Of a stretch of DNA of 64,000 nt, positions 19,487 to 27,499 are shown piece by piece. A model generated the notes under the pieces. The model was given only the letters and a program-made list of their open reading frames with translations, was not told the DNA's origin and did no database searches. The position numbers and the translations under genes are program-made. How positions within the stretch are numbered: position 1 is the first letter of the stretch; every line of letters begins with the position of its first letter. Origin of the DNA: a virus; IMG/VR virus record IMGVR_UViG_3300042197_003319, positions 11,238 through 75,237 of that record; one strand, 5' to 3'.

Positions 19487-19876
19487 ATGGCCAACGAACC
19501 ACTTGTCACGGACAGCGAAAATCAGTCTTTACGTAAAATCAACGCGGAAATCTCCGCCTTAAACGCGGACGTTGCCGACGGAATTTCGCTTCAGGGCTTT
19601 TCTACCGTTAGTACTGTTTCAGTAGACTATGCCAATCACGCGGGTGGGACAGGTGGGTCGGCCCAGTTTTTAGAAACTCAGGCAAACAGGAAATACCTTA
19701 TTTTGACGTGCACGACTGGAACGGCGTTTATTGGTTTCGGCTCAGCAGCAGTGTCTTCCACAGACTATGCGATAAAACTACGCGATGCCGAAGTATACGA
19801 ACTAAGCGGTTACGCCGGGGCTGTTCAAGTAAAACTAGACCCGGGAAGCTCAATTAGAAGCACAAGCATTTCTTAA
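19487..19876 (+). CDS. virion decoration-like protein, paralogous N-terminus to ORF 1-1053
   Basis: M-x3-P-x3-D-x4-SLRK and DVA(D/N)G(I/V)S shared with ORF 1-1053; beta-rich C-terminus; TTGACA/TACAAT upstream. Confidence 0.55.
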   Translation: MANEPLVTDSENQSLRKINAEISALNADVADGISLQGFSTVSTVSVDYANHAGGTGGSAQFLETQANRKYLILTCTTGTAFIGFGSAAVSSTDYAIKLRDAEVYELSGYAGAVQVKLDPGSSIRSTSIS

Positions 19877-19892
19877 TCGGCTAGCTACAAAA

Positions 19893-20816
19893 ATGCCACT
19901 AAGAAAAAGATTGCGCTCAGCCAGTCCGTATGAAATTTTTGGCAACAAGCCAAACATAAATTTATTACATTGGTTCGACGCTTCCGATTCTTCGAGGGTT
20001 GGCGGCCAGAAAATAAGAGACAAACGCGATTCTACCTTTGCTCAAAACGCAATCGCTGGGATGCCAAACTTAACTACGTTTGGGGGAGTTCAAGATGTGT
20101 CGACAGGAGCCATTAACGGAATTCCGTGTGCAGGGTTAAACGGCACAAGCGGGGGCCATCTCGTGCTTTGCAATGCTGGGGGAACCACGTACAGTCCGGT
20201 ATTCGGCGGGATCGGAGCTTCGACATCAAGTATTTGGAATACAGAAAACCAGGCGGTCTTTATTGCCGGGGTTTTTACCAACACAAACACCGGAACGGCT
20301 GGAGCAGCCGGGACTACTTTCTTCTCTCAAAACATATCAGACGCAACTAGCGGAAGATTGTTGCACTGTTTTAGGGTTTACCCTGACACTTACGGAACTA
20401 GAGGAACTACTTTCTGGGTAAAAGGGACAGACAGGACGATTTTTGACGACACGGCAATTCCCCAAGAAGCTCCTGCGGTAATTACGTTTCTTCAAAGATC
20501 TGGGGCAACCCCAAGACAAGTGTTAAGCGCGTGCAGCAGGTACATAAACGTTGGCGTAAACCCCAACGCGTCTTATGTGGCGGCTAATGAAGCGGCAGCT
20601 AATTTTAGAATTGGAGCCAGAATCGGGGCTAACGGAAACCCAACAGCTTTAATGACTGGAGCGTTTGGGGAGTTAGTGGTCGTAACTACAACAAACATAG
20701 TCGGGACTATTTTGGAAGAGTTTGCCAATCCGGTTTCTGGGGCAGCACCGAAACTACTAAAAAATTACTTTATCGAGAAATGGAAACTAGCCGAAGGGGC
20801 ATATTTAAACTTCTAG
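19893..20816 (+). CDS. concanavalin/lectin-like beta-sandwich virion protein
   Basis: LLHWFDASD...INGIP...GAFGELVV...YFIEKW pattern; G/T/A/N-rich; visibly lower GC than flanks. Confidence 0.55.
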   Translation: MPLRKRLRSASPYEIFGNKPNINLLHWFDASDSSRVGGQKIRDKRDSTFAQNAIAGMPNLTTFGGVQDVSTGAINGIPCAGLNGTSGGHLVLCNAGGTTYSPVFGGIGASTSSIWNTENQAVFIAGVFTNTNTGTAGAAGTTFFSQNISDATSGRLLHCFRVYPDTYGTRGTTFWVKGTDRTIFDDTAIPQEAPAVITFLQRSGATPRQVLSACSRYINVGVNPNASYVAANEAAANFRIGARIGANGNPTALMTGAFGELVVVTTTNIVGTILEEFANPVSGAAPKLLKNYFIEKWKLAEGAYLNF

Positions 20817-20939
20817 TAAACCTTTGGCGTTGCGGCAGGATTCTTTGGATGCACTTTAGATAAAACGTTGCACTTGGACTAACTACCTACAGGCCAACAA
20901 TTTAAACAATAAAAAATGGGTTAGGGCGTTGTTGGTCAC

Positions 20940-21125
20940 GATTTCAAACCCATATCCTACAAAATATATTTATTTGGCCACAAAATATATTCCTATAACC
21001 CCCTCTTCTATATAATACACTTTAATACACTAATACACTTATAAGATAGAAGTATATAGAATAGAAGGGGTTACAAAAAGTGGGTTTGCCAGTGTATTGA
21101 CGTTAGGCCCGGATTAACACACTTA
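20940..21125. other. AT-rich iteron-containing region, candidate replication origin
   Basis: ACAAAATATATT x2 (20959, 20980); TAATACAC x3 (21013, 21023, 21031) plus inverted (21092) and variant (21115) copies; TAACCCCCTCTTCTA / TAGAAGGGGTTA inverted pair. Confidence 0.45.
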
Positions 21126-21134
21126 TGGTTGACG

Positions 21135-21305
21135 CTACAAGTATTTAGAAAAGGCTTTTGCGGCTTTTTTGCATACCTTTCTAACCCTCCCCGATAGCTC
21201 CTTAAAGATCCCGGCTATACCCATTGAGACGAGGGTTGCAGCCAGTAGGGCCAAGACCGAACCGAAAGACGATATAGCGTCTCGTATAAGCGGATCCTGG
21301 ATCAT
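21135..21305 (-). CDS. small membrane protein
   Basis: MIQDPLIRDAISSFGSVLALLAATLVSMGIAGIF single TM, basic C-terminus. Confidence 0.5.
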   Translation of the reverse strand: MIQDPLIRDAISSFGSVLALLAATLVSMGIAGIFKELSGRVRKVCKKAAKAFSKYL

Positions 21306-21451
21306 ATCTCGTCGACCTCGTCTATGCGGTCGTCGACCTTGTCGCCGTCCTGGTCGATGAAGTTTAGCGGATCCCTGGCGAAGACCTGGTGCGCATCCAG
21401 GAATTGTTCGACAATGAATTGCTCTTCCAGCTTTTTTGTGTGTTTGTCCAT
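21302..21451 (-). CDS. acidic hypothetical protein (49 aa, not in ORF track)
   Basis: MDKHTKKLEEQFIVEQFLDAHQ...DEVDEI; ATGA overlap with the next gene. Confidence 0.5.
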   Translation of the reverse strand: MDKHTKKLEEQFIVEQFLDAHQVFARDPLNFIDQDGDKVDDRIDEVDEI

Positions 21452-21463
21452 TCATCGAGTCTG

Positions 21464-21502
21464 AAAAAGACCCGAGAGTGTCAACCCCTCTTGGGGGTTT
21501 TT
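21464..21502 (-). terminator. hairpin flanked by A and T tracts (possible bidirectional terminator)
   Basis: AAAAAGACCCGAGAG...CTCTTGGGGGTTTTT. Confidence 0.45.
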
Positions 21503-21503
21503 G

Positions 21504-21878
21504 TTATTCCCCGATGGGCTGAGCAGTGATCGGGTCGACAACTTCGGGTGCTGTCTCCCCTTCCGCTACAACAGTCCCGTTGGGAAGCGGCGTAGTTTCG
21601 GGCTTGCTTGTTTCTTGCGCAGGTAATGTCTCTTGGTTTTCGGGGGCCACTATTTGGTTTATGAGAACAATGCCAGGACCTCTTAAATTGATCGTCTGAG
21701 GATTAAGCTCAATTGCCGGCAACTCTACTTTTTTTTCCACAACTGTCACCGGGGTGCCTTCTATCAGGTTGACTGAAGTGGGTAGAATTTGAGGCTCAGG
21801 GATGATTGTGACAGAGCCGGCTTGTACCGGCATAGATTCCGCCTTTACGTTAAGGCCGGTTATTGAGGTATCCGACAT
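21504..21878 (-). CDS. P/E/V-rich hypothetical protein
   Basis: ORF in leftward small-gene cluster; GGAG SD. Confidence 0.55.
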   Translation of the reverse strand: MSDTSITGLNVKAESMPVQAGSVTIIPEPQILPTSVNLIEGTPVTVVEKKVELPAIELNPQTINLRGPGIVLINQIVAPENQETLPAQETSKPETTPLPNGTVVAEGETAPEVVDPITAQPIGE

Positions 21879-21883
21879 GTCTT

Positions 21884-22030
21884 TTATCTCCTGGCGGCGG
21901 CTGCGTTATCGACCAGGTTGGGGTATTTCCTGCCGGCTTTTCTGGCCCTTTCCCTCGCCCAGGCAATGTCACGCGGAGACAATTTCTTGTCTTTCTTTGT
22001 GGGGTCGGGCTTTTTCCAAAAAGGCTTCAT
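21884..22030 (-). CDS. small basic phage protein
   Basis: MKPFWKKP...ARKAGRKYPNLVDN motif recurrent in aquatic phages. Confidence 0.6.
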   Translation of the reverse strand: MKPFWKKPDPTKKDKKLSPRDIAWARERARKAGRKYPNLVDNAAAARR

Positions 22031-22287
22031 TAGCAGTTCCAGAGCACCTTTCTTGACCAGTAGTTGGCCGAAAGCTTTCCGTCCCCTCCCTTGATCCCAC
22101 CGCTCCTGGCGCAATAGCTTTTCCTGCGCTTCTCGCTTTTGTGCTGACGGTAATCCTGCATGGAGCTGTCACCAAAATGGACAAGCCGCTCCTTCCCGTT
22201 CGCACAGGCCTTAACCATCATTTTCTTTCCAGGCCTTGTGCTTTTCCGTGGCTTGTTACAAGGCATGTTGGCTTTTCCGAGCGGCAT
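22030..22287 (-). CDS. DUF5754-like small basic protein
   Basis: KK..V......VHFGD...DY..HK...RRKSY.AR......SANYWS...LW. Confidence 0.6.
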   Translation of the reverse strand: MPLGKANMPCNKPRKSTRPGKKMMVKACANGKERLVHFGDSSMQDYRQHKSEKRRKSYCARSGGIKGGDGKLSANYWSRKVLWNC

Positions 22288-22291
22288 GACT

Positions 22292-22882
22292 TCAGTTTAC
22301 AACGATCTTATTTTTTTGCACTACCCCTCCCCATGAACCTTTGGGGAAAGCGTTAAACGCGATTGAGTACCTCGGCTCGTCGTCAAGATTAAGCCTGACC
22401 CCGTGCCTGAGGTTTGACGGGAAGACCACCAACCTTCCCCGTTTGGCTGCAAGCTCCGCAGACTCCCGGTCCTCCCCGTACAGAAAGAACAGATTCCGTT
22501 TCCATAGATTGACGTTGTCCGAAAAGTACGTTTCACCCCCCTTTCCTTCCGTCAGGTAAAATACCCCGCTTACCAGGGAGTTGTTGTGCATGTGAAAGTG
22601 ATGCTCAAAGCCCGTCTCTGTCAGGTTGGCCCAGGAAAGTATAATCTCCAACTTTGGGAACGGGTACCCAACCCTTTGGTTAACTGTCGCCAAACATTGG
22701 TCGAACCATTCGTGGAGTTCCTGGAATTCCGGTTTTGTGTGCAGGTCGGCCGCCTTGGTTATCAAATTGGCCGCCGTGTTCTCAAATTGCTCTTTTTTAA
22801 CAGCTGCCAAAGCCGAGCTTGTTAGCTCATCGCTCGCCTGGAACGTAAACAGGCTAAGCCCAAGGATCTTTTGCTCCTGCAT
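22292..22882 (-). CDS. 2OG-Fe(II) oxygenase (TIGR02466-like)
   Basis: SWAN, HxH (HHFHMH), SGVFYL, FPSNLRHGV, RYSIAFN. Confidence 0.85.
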   Translation of the reverse strand: MQEQKILGLSLFTFQASDELTSSALAAVKKEQFENTAANLITKAADLHTKPEFQELHEWFDQCLATVNQRVGYPFPKLEIILSWANLTETGFEHHFHMHNNSLVSGVFYLTEGKGGETYFSDNVNLWKRNLFFLYGEDRESAELAAKRGRLVVFPSNLRHGVRLNLDDEPRYSIAFNAFPKGSWGGVVQKNKIVVN

Positions 22883-22924
22883 TTTCAAAGTTTACCTGGG
22901 TTTGATTTCTGTCCAGGGCGCGAA

Positions 22925-23085
22925 AAATTAAAAAATTTTTTTTAATCCCCTCTATTAAACGTTATGAACCGCCAGAGGGGGGGTGGGGGGGAGGGGGGTG
23001 GTGCGTAGCGGTTTTGCCGAGGCTCGACCTTCGGTCGTTCGTCTCGCAAACCGAAACTCGTTTGAGGCGGCTCGCTTTGAGCCGT
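22925..23085. other. A/T palindrome + G-tract + hairpins at transcription divergence point; candidate packaging (pac/terminus) locus
   Basis: ATTAAAAAATTTTTTTTAAT; G7-T-G7-A-G6-T-GG (22977-23001); nested hairpin 23009-23053; hairpin 23068-23084; about 0.7 kb from terS. Confidence 0.45.
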
Positions 23086-23226
23086 TCGGTCAATGCGTGG
23101 CCAACGCCAGTTCTTTTTGGTTAAAGCTCCCGCTTCCTCTCCGAGGTTGCGGGTTGCGATGTGCGGCTGGTTGTCTCGATCGAGACATCGGCTTCACACT
23201 CAACCCGTAACTATGGAGTCATAACT

Positions 23227-23670
23227 ATGAATAACAACGAAGCAACTACACTGGTGAAATCATTCAACAACATCGATTTGGGTAAGTCGATGCGGTTGTT
23301 CAGTTCCTCTAACAAAGAGGACATCGCCAAGATCGGTGGCCAAACCCGTGCCGAAATCCGCAAGTCTTTGCGTGATTCCGGTCTCTCGGGCAACGCCCTG
23401 ACCGCGGCGGTGAACGAGCGTTACTGCTCGCAGCTGGGCAAGTCCACCCTCGCTGGTAAAACCCTCGAGGCTGCTTTCGAGCAGACGGGCGCCCAGATCA
23501 CCAATCAGACGGCGCGCCGGTCGAAGGGCATGCTCAAGCTCGTCACCACGCGCTCCAAGTTCGTTCCCGTAACCACGGAGGACGAGCTCGCAACCGTCGA
23601 GGCCAAGATCGCTCTGCTCAAGGCCAAGGCAGCCGAGCTCGCCGCGGAAGCCAAGACAATCGAAGCCTAA
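23227..23670 (+). CDS. first early gene, K/A-rich protein of unknown function
   Basis: GGAG SD, strong codon bias, own terminator. Confidence 0.7.
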   Translation: MNNNEATTLVKSFNNIDLGKSMRLFSSSNKEDIAKIGGQTRAEIRKSLRDSGLSGNALTAAVNERYCSQLGKSTLAGKTLEAAFEQTGAQITNQTARRSKGMLKLVTTRSKFVPVTTEDELATVEAKIALLKAKAAELAAEAKTIEA

Positions 23671-23689
23671 GCAACCTAGGCTCGACAAC

Positions 23690-23728
23690 GGAGGTCAGGG
23701 GTTTTCATCCCCCTGGCCTCCTTTTTTT
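23690..23728 (+). terminator. rho-independent terminator
   Basis: GGAGGTCAGGGG-loop-CCCCTGGCCTCC followed by T7. Confidence 0.8.
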
Positions 23729-23770
23729 GTGTAGGTTTGGGGTCTTAACCCAATGGGTTTCTCTGTAGAA

Positions 23771-24232
23771 TCAGGATTCTTGACAATTCTTGACAGGCTG
23801 CGAATCCGCAACTTGTTGTAACACCGCAATATTGACAATTCCGCCTTTCGTCCCGTTTGCCTGATCGTTCAGGCCAAGGGCCGGACGGGCGATCTTATCA
23901 ATTTTGCCCAGAGCCTCGAAGTGCTGGTCGACTTCACGGACAGTCGCCGGCGTCGCGGCCTCAAGCACGGCTAACCCTTTGTCAACCTGCGTGACTACCC
24001 TTTCCAGGTATCCACCCGCGCGATTAGCCAACGTTTGCACAGTCTTTTCCGCCTGTTTGACCTGTATGGCATCTCTCAATGCAAGGCGCTTTGTAGCCCA
24101 TCCTCCGCGCCGAATTCGGGCCTCTAGAGTGCTTGGCTTGAGTTTGTAGAACGTTGCAAGGTCAACAACTCGGGTTCCTCTTAGGTAATCAGCCTCAACC
24201 AATTTCCAATCTACGCCTATGTCCTTCGGCAT
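23771..24232 (-). CDS. terS: terminase small subunit (putative)
   Basis: N-terminal HTH VDWKLVEADYLRG...DLATFYKLKPSTLEARIRRGGW, central helices, C-terminal beta-strand (IVNIAVL). Confidence 0.7.
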   Translation of the reverse strand: MPKDIGVDWKLVEADYLRGTRVVDLATFYKLKPSTLEARIRRGGWATKRLALRDAIQVKQAEKTVQTLANRAGGYLERVVTQVDKGLAVLEAATPATVREVDQHFEALGKIDKIARPALGLNDQANGTKGGIVNIAVLQQVADSQPVKNCQES

Positions 24233-24238
24233 AGATGA

Positions 24239-24267
24239 CTTATAACAGAAGGACAGAAAGTAGTCAA
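24239..24267 (-). promoter_or_regulatory. leaderless promoter of terS overlapped by a GAC-N8-GTCAA site
   Basis: TTGACT (24267-24262), 17 bp spacer, TATAAG (24244-24239); ATG 6 nt later. Confidence 0.5.
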
Positions 24268-24273
24268 TACACC

Positions 24274-24546
24274 ATGCAAACCAACCAAATCGAGGCGGTC
24301 TTGCGGGATGTTAACTATATGGCCCGGGTCAATGACCTGGTCGTTAACGCCCCTGCAAAACCCTCCCCGAACGTCCCACGAACCTTCGCTGAAGGGGTCA
24401 GCAGACTTGAGTCCAGCCCAGCTACTTCTTACTGGCTCATGGATGCTGTCCGAGACCTGGACAAACGTGACCCGGTGGATGCGTTGAACGACGCGGAAAC
24501 CCTGGTCTTTCTGTTCAAGCTCAAGCTTGGCGAACCGACGACATGA
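24274..24546 (+). CDS. hypothetical protein with RDPVDALNDAE motif
   Basis: S.WL..A...LD.RDPVDA..DAE.L motif seen in mobile-element small proteins. Confidence 0.6.
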   Translation: MQTNQIEAVLRDVNYMARVNDLVVNAPAKPSPNVPRTFAEGVSRLESSPATSYWLMDAVRDLDKRDPVDALNDAETLVFLFKLKLGEPTT

Positions 24547-24607
24547 CGCTGGCAAGACTTCGCAGGCTGTTTAAGAAGGCAGCCCGCATGAAAGAAAGGA
24601 GGCTCGC

Positions 24608-24841
24608 ATGAGCCATGCATTGGAAGACGACATCCTTGCAACGATGGTTAGTCCCGTTGTGGTGGGGCAGATCATCGACAAGGACGACGGAACCCGGGAG
24701 ATCGTGACCTGGGTTGGCAACAACGACGGTGAGATCAACGTGATCACCGAGGTTCTGGCCGGCAAGGGCCGGTACTATTCGGTCGATCACAACCACAAGC
24801 TGGTCGACGCCATTGGCCGGCCGGTCACCTGGTCCAGATAG
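24608..24841 (+). CDS. hypothetical early protein
   Basis: AAGGAGG SD. Confidence 0.6.
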   Translation: MSHALEDDILATMVSPVVVGQIIDKDDGTREIVTWVGNNDGEINVITEVLAGKGRYYSVDHNHKLVDAIGRPVTWSR

Positions 24842-24858
24842 CAAATAGTTCAGTCAAG

Positions 24859-24902
24859 AAAGGGGGAGATGAGGCTTAACGGCCTTGTCTCCCCCTTTTT
24901 TT
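24859..24902 (+). terminator. rho-independent terminator
   Basis: GGGGGAGATGAGGC-loop-GCCTTGTCTCCCCC followed by T7. Confidence 0.75.
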
Positions 24903-24955
24903 GTGGACGGACAACAAACCAAACAACCAACCCCGTCCCGAAAGGATAAACAACC

Positions 24956-25147
24956 ATGAATAACAATAGCATCCGCGTATTGTACGGCCAAGACGGCGGT
25001 ATGATCCGCGTCAGCAGCATCGAAACCCCCAACCACAACGAAGCCGGTGCGCCCAAGCGTTACCGCTTCGAGCTGGAAGGCGATTCGGAGCTGTTTGAGA
25101 CCTACACCCCCGGTCAACGCAACGTCGTGCTCGAGGCGGTACTCTAA
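24956..25147 (+). CDS. hypothetical early protein
   Basis: AAGGA SD, strong codon bias. Confidence 0.6.
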   Translation: MNNNSIRVLYGQDGGMIRVSSIETPNHNEAGAPKRYRFELEGDSELFETYTPGQRNVVLEAVL

Positions 25148-25341
25148 TGAAGTTCATCTGGCGTACCCCCAACAAAAGCAGCTCGACCAAGCACATCACC
25201 ATTCAGCGCTACATTCCCAAGGAGTGGCGCCAGACGCACACGGAGCGCGAGAACTGGCATCAGTACCGCAAGGAACAGATGGTCAGGACGCCCCAGAATG
25301 CGCCCCTGGTTGGTCTTGACAGTCTCTTGACTGTTTCTTGA
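25147..25341 (+). CDS. hypothetical early protein
   Basis: TAATG coupling. Confidence 0.5.
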   Translation: MKFIWRTPNKSSSTKHITIQRYIPKEWRQTHTERENWHQYRKEQMVRTPQNAPLVGLDSLLTVS

Positions 25342-25448
25342 CAGATATCTGTCCTGTCCCCTAGACCAGTACAGACAGGCTGGCCCCGTCGGATTCATAA
25401 CTCCGGCGGGGTCAGAAGCCTGCACTGCAGGAGAAAAGGAGACACACT

Positions 25449-25670
25449 ATGTTAGCCATCTACAGACAAAATTCCCATCGAGAATGGGTCCTGTCCACCG
25501 TGTTTGCCGACAACGTCGCGGGCATGATGTGGCGGGAGTGGTTCGAGAAGGGCGGTTATGAAACCAAGGTCAAGACGGTCAACTCGGTCAGTGAACTGGC
25601 CGATGTTCTCTCCCCGGAGGAAGAGCTCATGTCGGAGGTCCTGTCGGATCTCCAGAAGGAGACCGAATGA
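25449..25670 (+). CDS. hypothetical early protein
   Basis: AAGGAG SD. Confidence 0.6.
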   Translation: MLAIYRQNSHREWVLSTVFADNVAGMMWREWFEKGGYETKVKTVNSVSELADVLSPEEELMSEVLSDLQKETE

Positions 25671-25819
25671 AGCTGGTTGAGAAAGACGGCGAGTATTACC
25701 TGGAGTTCACGACACGGAGGGCCTTTGTGCTTTCCGTGGCCAAGGGGCTCCTGGTGATCGCCTCGGCCTTTGCTTCGTTCTACGCGCTTTGGCTGTTGGC
25801 TGCACTGTTTGACAAATGA
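25667..25819 (+). CDS. small membrane protein (50 aa, not in ORF track)
   Basis: MKLVEKDGEYYLEF...LLVIASAFASFYALWLLAALF; ATGA overlaps at both ends. Confidence 0.55.
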   Translation: MKLVEKDGEYYLEFTTRRAFVLSVAKGLLVIASAFASFYALWLLAALFDK

Positions 25820-26022
25820 ACCCCAAGAAATTCAAACGAGTTTGGTGGGGCTACATCAAGGCCGGGGACCGCGTGGTGTTTGACGAAAACGGCGAGGCTT
25901 ACACCTTCGTCGGCAAAGACCCGCAAGACTCGGCCCACATCATCCTTGCCGACAGCCAGGGCAACACGGGCAGTTTTCACAACTGCTTTTGCAGCCCTTA
26001 CCTGCGGGGGGCGATGCTATGA
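25816..26022 (+). CDS. hypothetical early protein (SH3-like beta fold possible)
   Basis: IKAGDRVVFD motif. Confidence 0.55.
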   Translation: MNPKKFKRVWWGYIKAGDRVVFDENGEAYTFVGKDPQDSAHIILADSQGNTGSFHNCFCSPYLRGAML

Positions 26023-26045
26023 ACGCAACTTTAGGAGGATAAACA

Positions 26046-26234
26046 ATGACCAAAAACACAATCAAAAAGCAACTTAGATACGAGCAGAAGATGCTTAAAA
26101 AAGCCAAAGACTTTATGCTGAAAACCGAAGGTTACGCTGGAATCGCTTGTAGCGGTTCGGCAGACATCGGTTTTTATGAGGGTCGAATTGCCCTGCTTGA
26201 ATCTCGGTTAAGGGAGGAAAGCCGGAATCGATGA
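26046..26234 (+). CDS. hypothetical early protein
   Basis: AGGAGG SD. Confidence 0.6.
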   Translation: MTKNTIKKQLRYEQKMLKKAKDFMLKTEGYAGIACSGSADIGFYEGRIALLESRLREESRNR

Positions 26235-26485
26235 GCAACATCCGTACCCCTACCCGGAAATGGCTGGAAAAGTTACCGGACGCCTACAAAGAGGCGTTCT
26301 ACGACAACCTGGCCAACTTCAAAACCAACGACCTTTGGGAATGGATCATTGATCTGTTGCCTTTGCGGGATGCGGAGGATCTGCTCGCCAACCTCACCAG
26401 TCACTGGGAGGAGGACGAGATCGGAACTCCGTACCGCAAGAGCATGAAGTCCCCAAGCGTCAAAACCAGAAAGGTTAAAACATGA
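26231..26485 (+). CDS. hypothetical early protein
   Basis: ATGA coupling. Confidence 0.6.
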   Translation: MSNIRTPTRKWLEKLPDAYKEAFYDNLANFKTNDLWEWIIDLLPLRDAEDLLANLTSHWEEDEIGTPYRKSMKSPSVKTRKVKT

Positions 26486-26673
26486 ACATGTATGACGCCA
26501 TGGTCGGAGACATCTCCGATCAGATTCAAAAGCTACGTGAAGAGATGGGGGTCACTTCCCGCCTGGAGTGGGAAGGCCTCAAGGAAATAGTCGGGAAAAA
26601 AGCCCATGACCAGATCGTGGGCAACCTTCCCCGAACGGACGAGGACACGTTGTCCTTGGACAAATGGGCATGA
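26482..26673 (+). CDS. hypothetical early protein
   Basis: ATGA coupling. Confidence 0.55.
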   Translation: MNMYDAMVGDISDQIQKLREEMGVTSRLEWEGLKEIVGKKAHDQIVGNLPRTDEDTLSLDKWA

Positions 26674-26930
26674 TCGTAATCGACAAACCACTTAACGGAC
26701 CCAACGGAGTTCCATTTTTGCAGCTCCTGATGGCCGTCCAGGGTCTTAGGGCCATCAACAACGGGATGAGACTCACGCGCATGGCCACACCGGCCGTGTG
26801 CATGGAGATCATCTCCAACGTGACCGGCGTTAAGTACAAACGAACCCACAGAAACATCGCGTTGGCCGATGGCGAAGCCGTGCTTGAAGCTGTCCGCCAG
26901 CAGAAAGGAAAGTCAAAGCCAAGGTCTTGA
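26670..26930 (+). CDS. hypothetical early protein
   Basis: ATGA coupling; GMRLTR...TGVKYKR motif. Confidence 0.6.
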   Translation: MIVIDKPLNGPNGVPFLQLLMAVQGLRAINNGMRLTRMATPAVCMEIISNVTGVKYKRTHRNIALADGEAVLEAVRQQKGKSKPRS

Positions 26931-26946
26931 CTTGTTTATGACAAAC

Positions 26947-27084
26947 ATGGATACAACCGAAAAGCCTGACACAAAGGACATCACCGATGGTCGTGAACAC
27001 CCTGACTGGGTAGCGGAACAGCGCGAAAGGTTTGAGCGCATGGACCGATACGACGAGTCCGGATACTGGAGACACTTCCGATGA
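26947..27084 (+). CDS. hypothetical early protein
   Basis: Short acidic ORF, coupled to next gene; start could be 26938. Confidence 0.45.
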   Translation: MDTTEKPDTKDITDGREHPDWVAEQRERFERMDRYDESGYWRHFR

Positions 27085-27263
27085 GCTACACCGTACGCGA
27101 GTGCGACTGTGGCTCAGGCAAAACGTCTGACTGGGTATACGACGGCCACGGCATCCCGCTGTGCCGGACATGCCCGACATGTCACGACAAGAAGATATCG
27201 AAATATCGGGCCGATATCTTTGAGGCATACGTGCCCGATGAACAACTAGACGAGGATTATTAA
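27081..27263 (+). CDS. small zinc-finger protein
   Basis: CDCGSG...YDGHGIPLCRTCPTC. Confidence 0.65.
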   Translation: MSYTVRECDCGSGKTSDWVYDGHGIPLCRTCPTCHDKKISKYRADIFEAYVPDEQLDEDY

Positions 27264-27266
27264 ACC

Positions 27267-27452
27267 ATGAGCAGAGCCGACAAATGGGATGACATTGACT
27301 ACACACCGGATGACACCGGCCAGGACGAGCCCATCGACACTCGTTCTTACGCTGAGATCGAACGTTCTGACCGCAGTGATTACGCCTCGGAGATGGTCAG
27401 AAAAGGTAAATGGGACCCCATTCAAGCTGCCGAATATCGCATGGGCGCTTGA
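27267..27452 (+). CDS. acidic hypothetical early protein
   Basis: 61 aa, D/E-rich. Confidence 0.55.
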   Translation: MSRADKWDDIDYTPDDTGQDEPIDTRSYAEIERSDRSDYASEMVRKGKWDPIQAAEYRMGA

Positions 27453-27499
27453 GTAACTGGTGACCAGACCCCGATGGCAGGCGAGCCCCTGCCATTCGG

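Noticed and set aside
21306-21455. N-terminal half of ORF 21135-21455
   Set aside because: Arg-rich off-frame reading of the acidic ORF 21302-21451.
22292-22882. Oxygenase as prolyl hydroxylase for the collagen fibres
   Set aside because: It has an HxH TIGR02466-type motif rather than the HxD P4H type and is unlinked to the fibre genes; no support.
23025-23037. C(UUCG)G RNA tetraloop
   Set aside because: In that register the adjacent pair is mismatched; the perfect stem closes a 3-nt loop instead.
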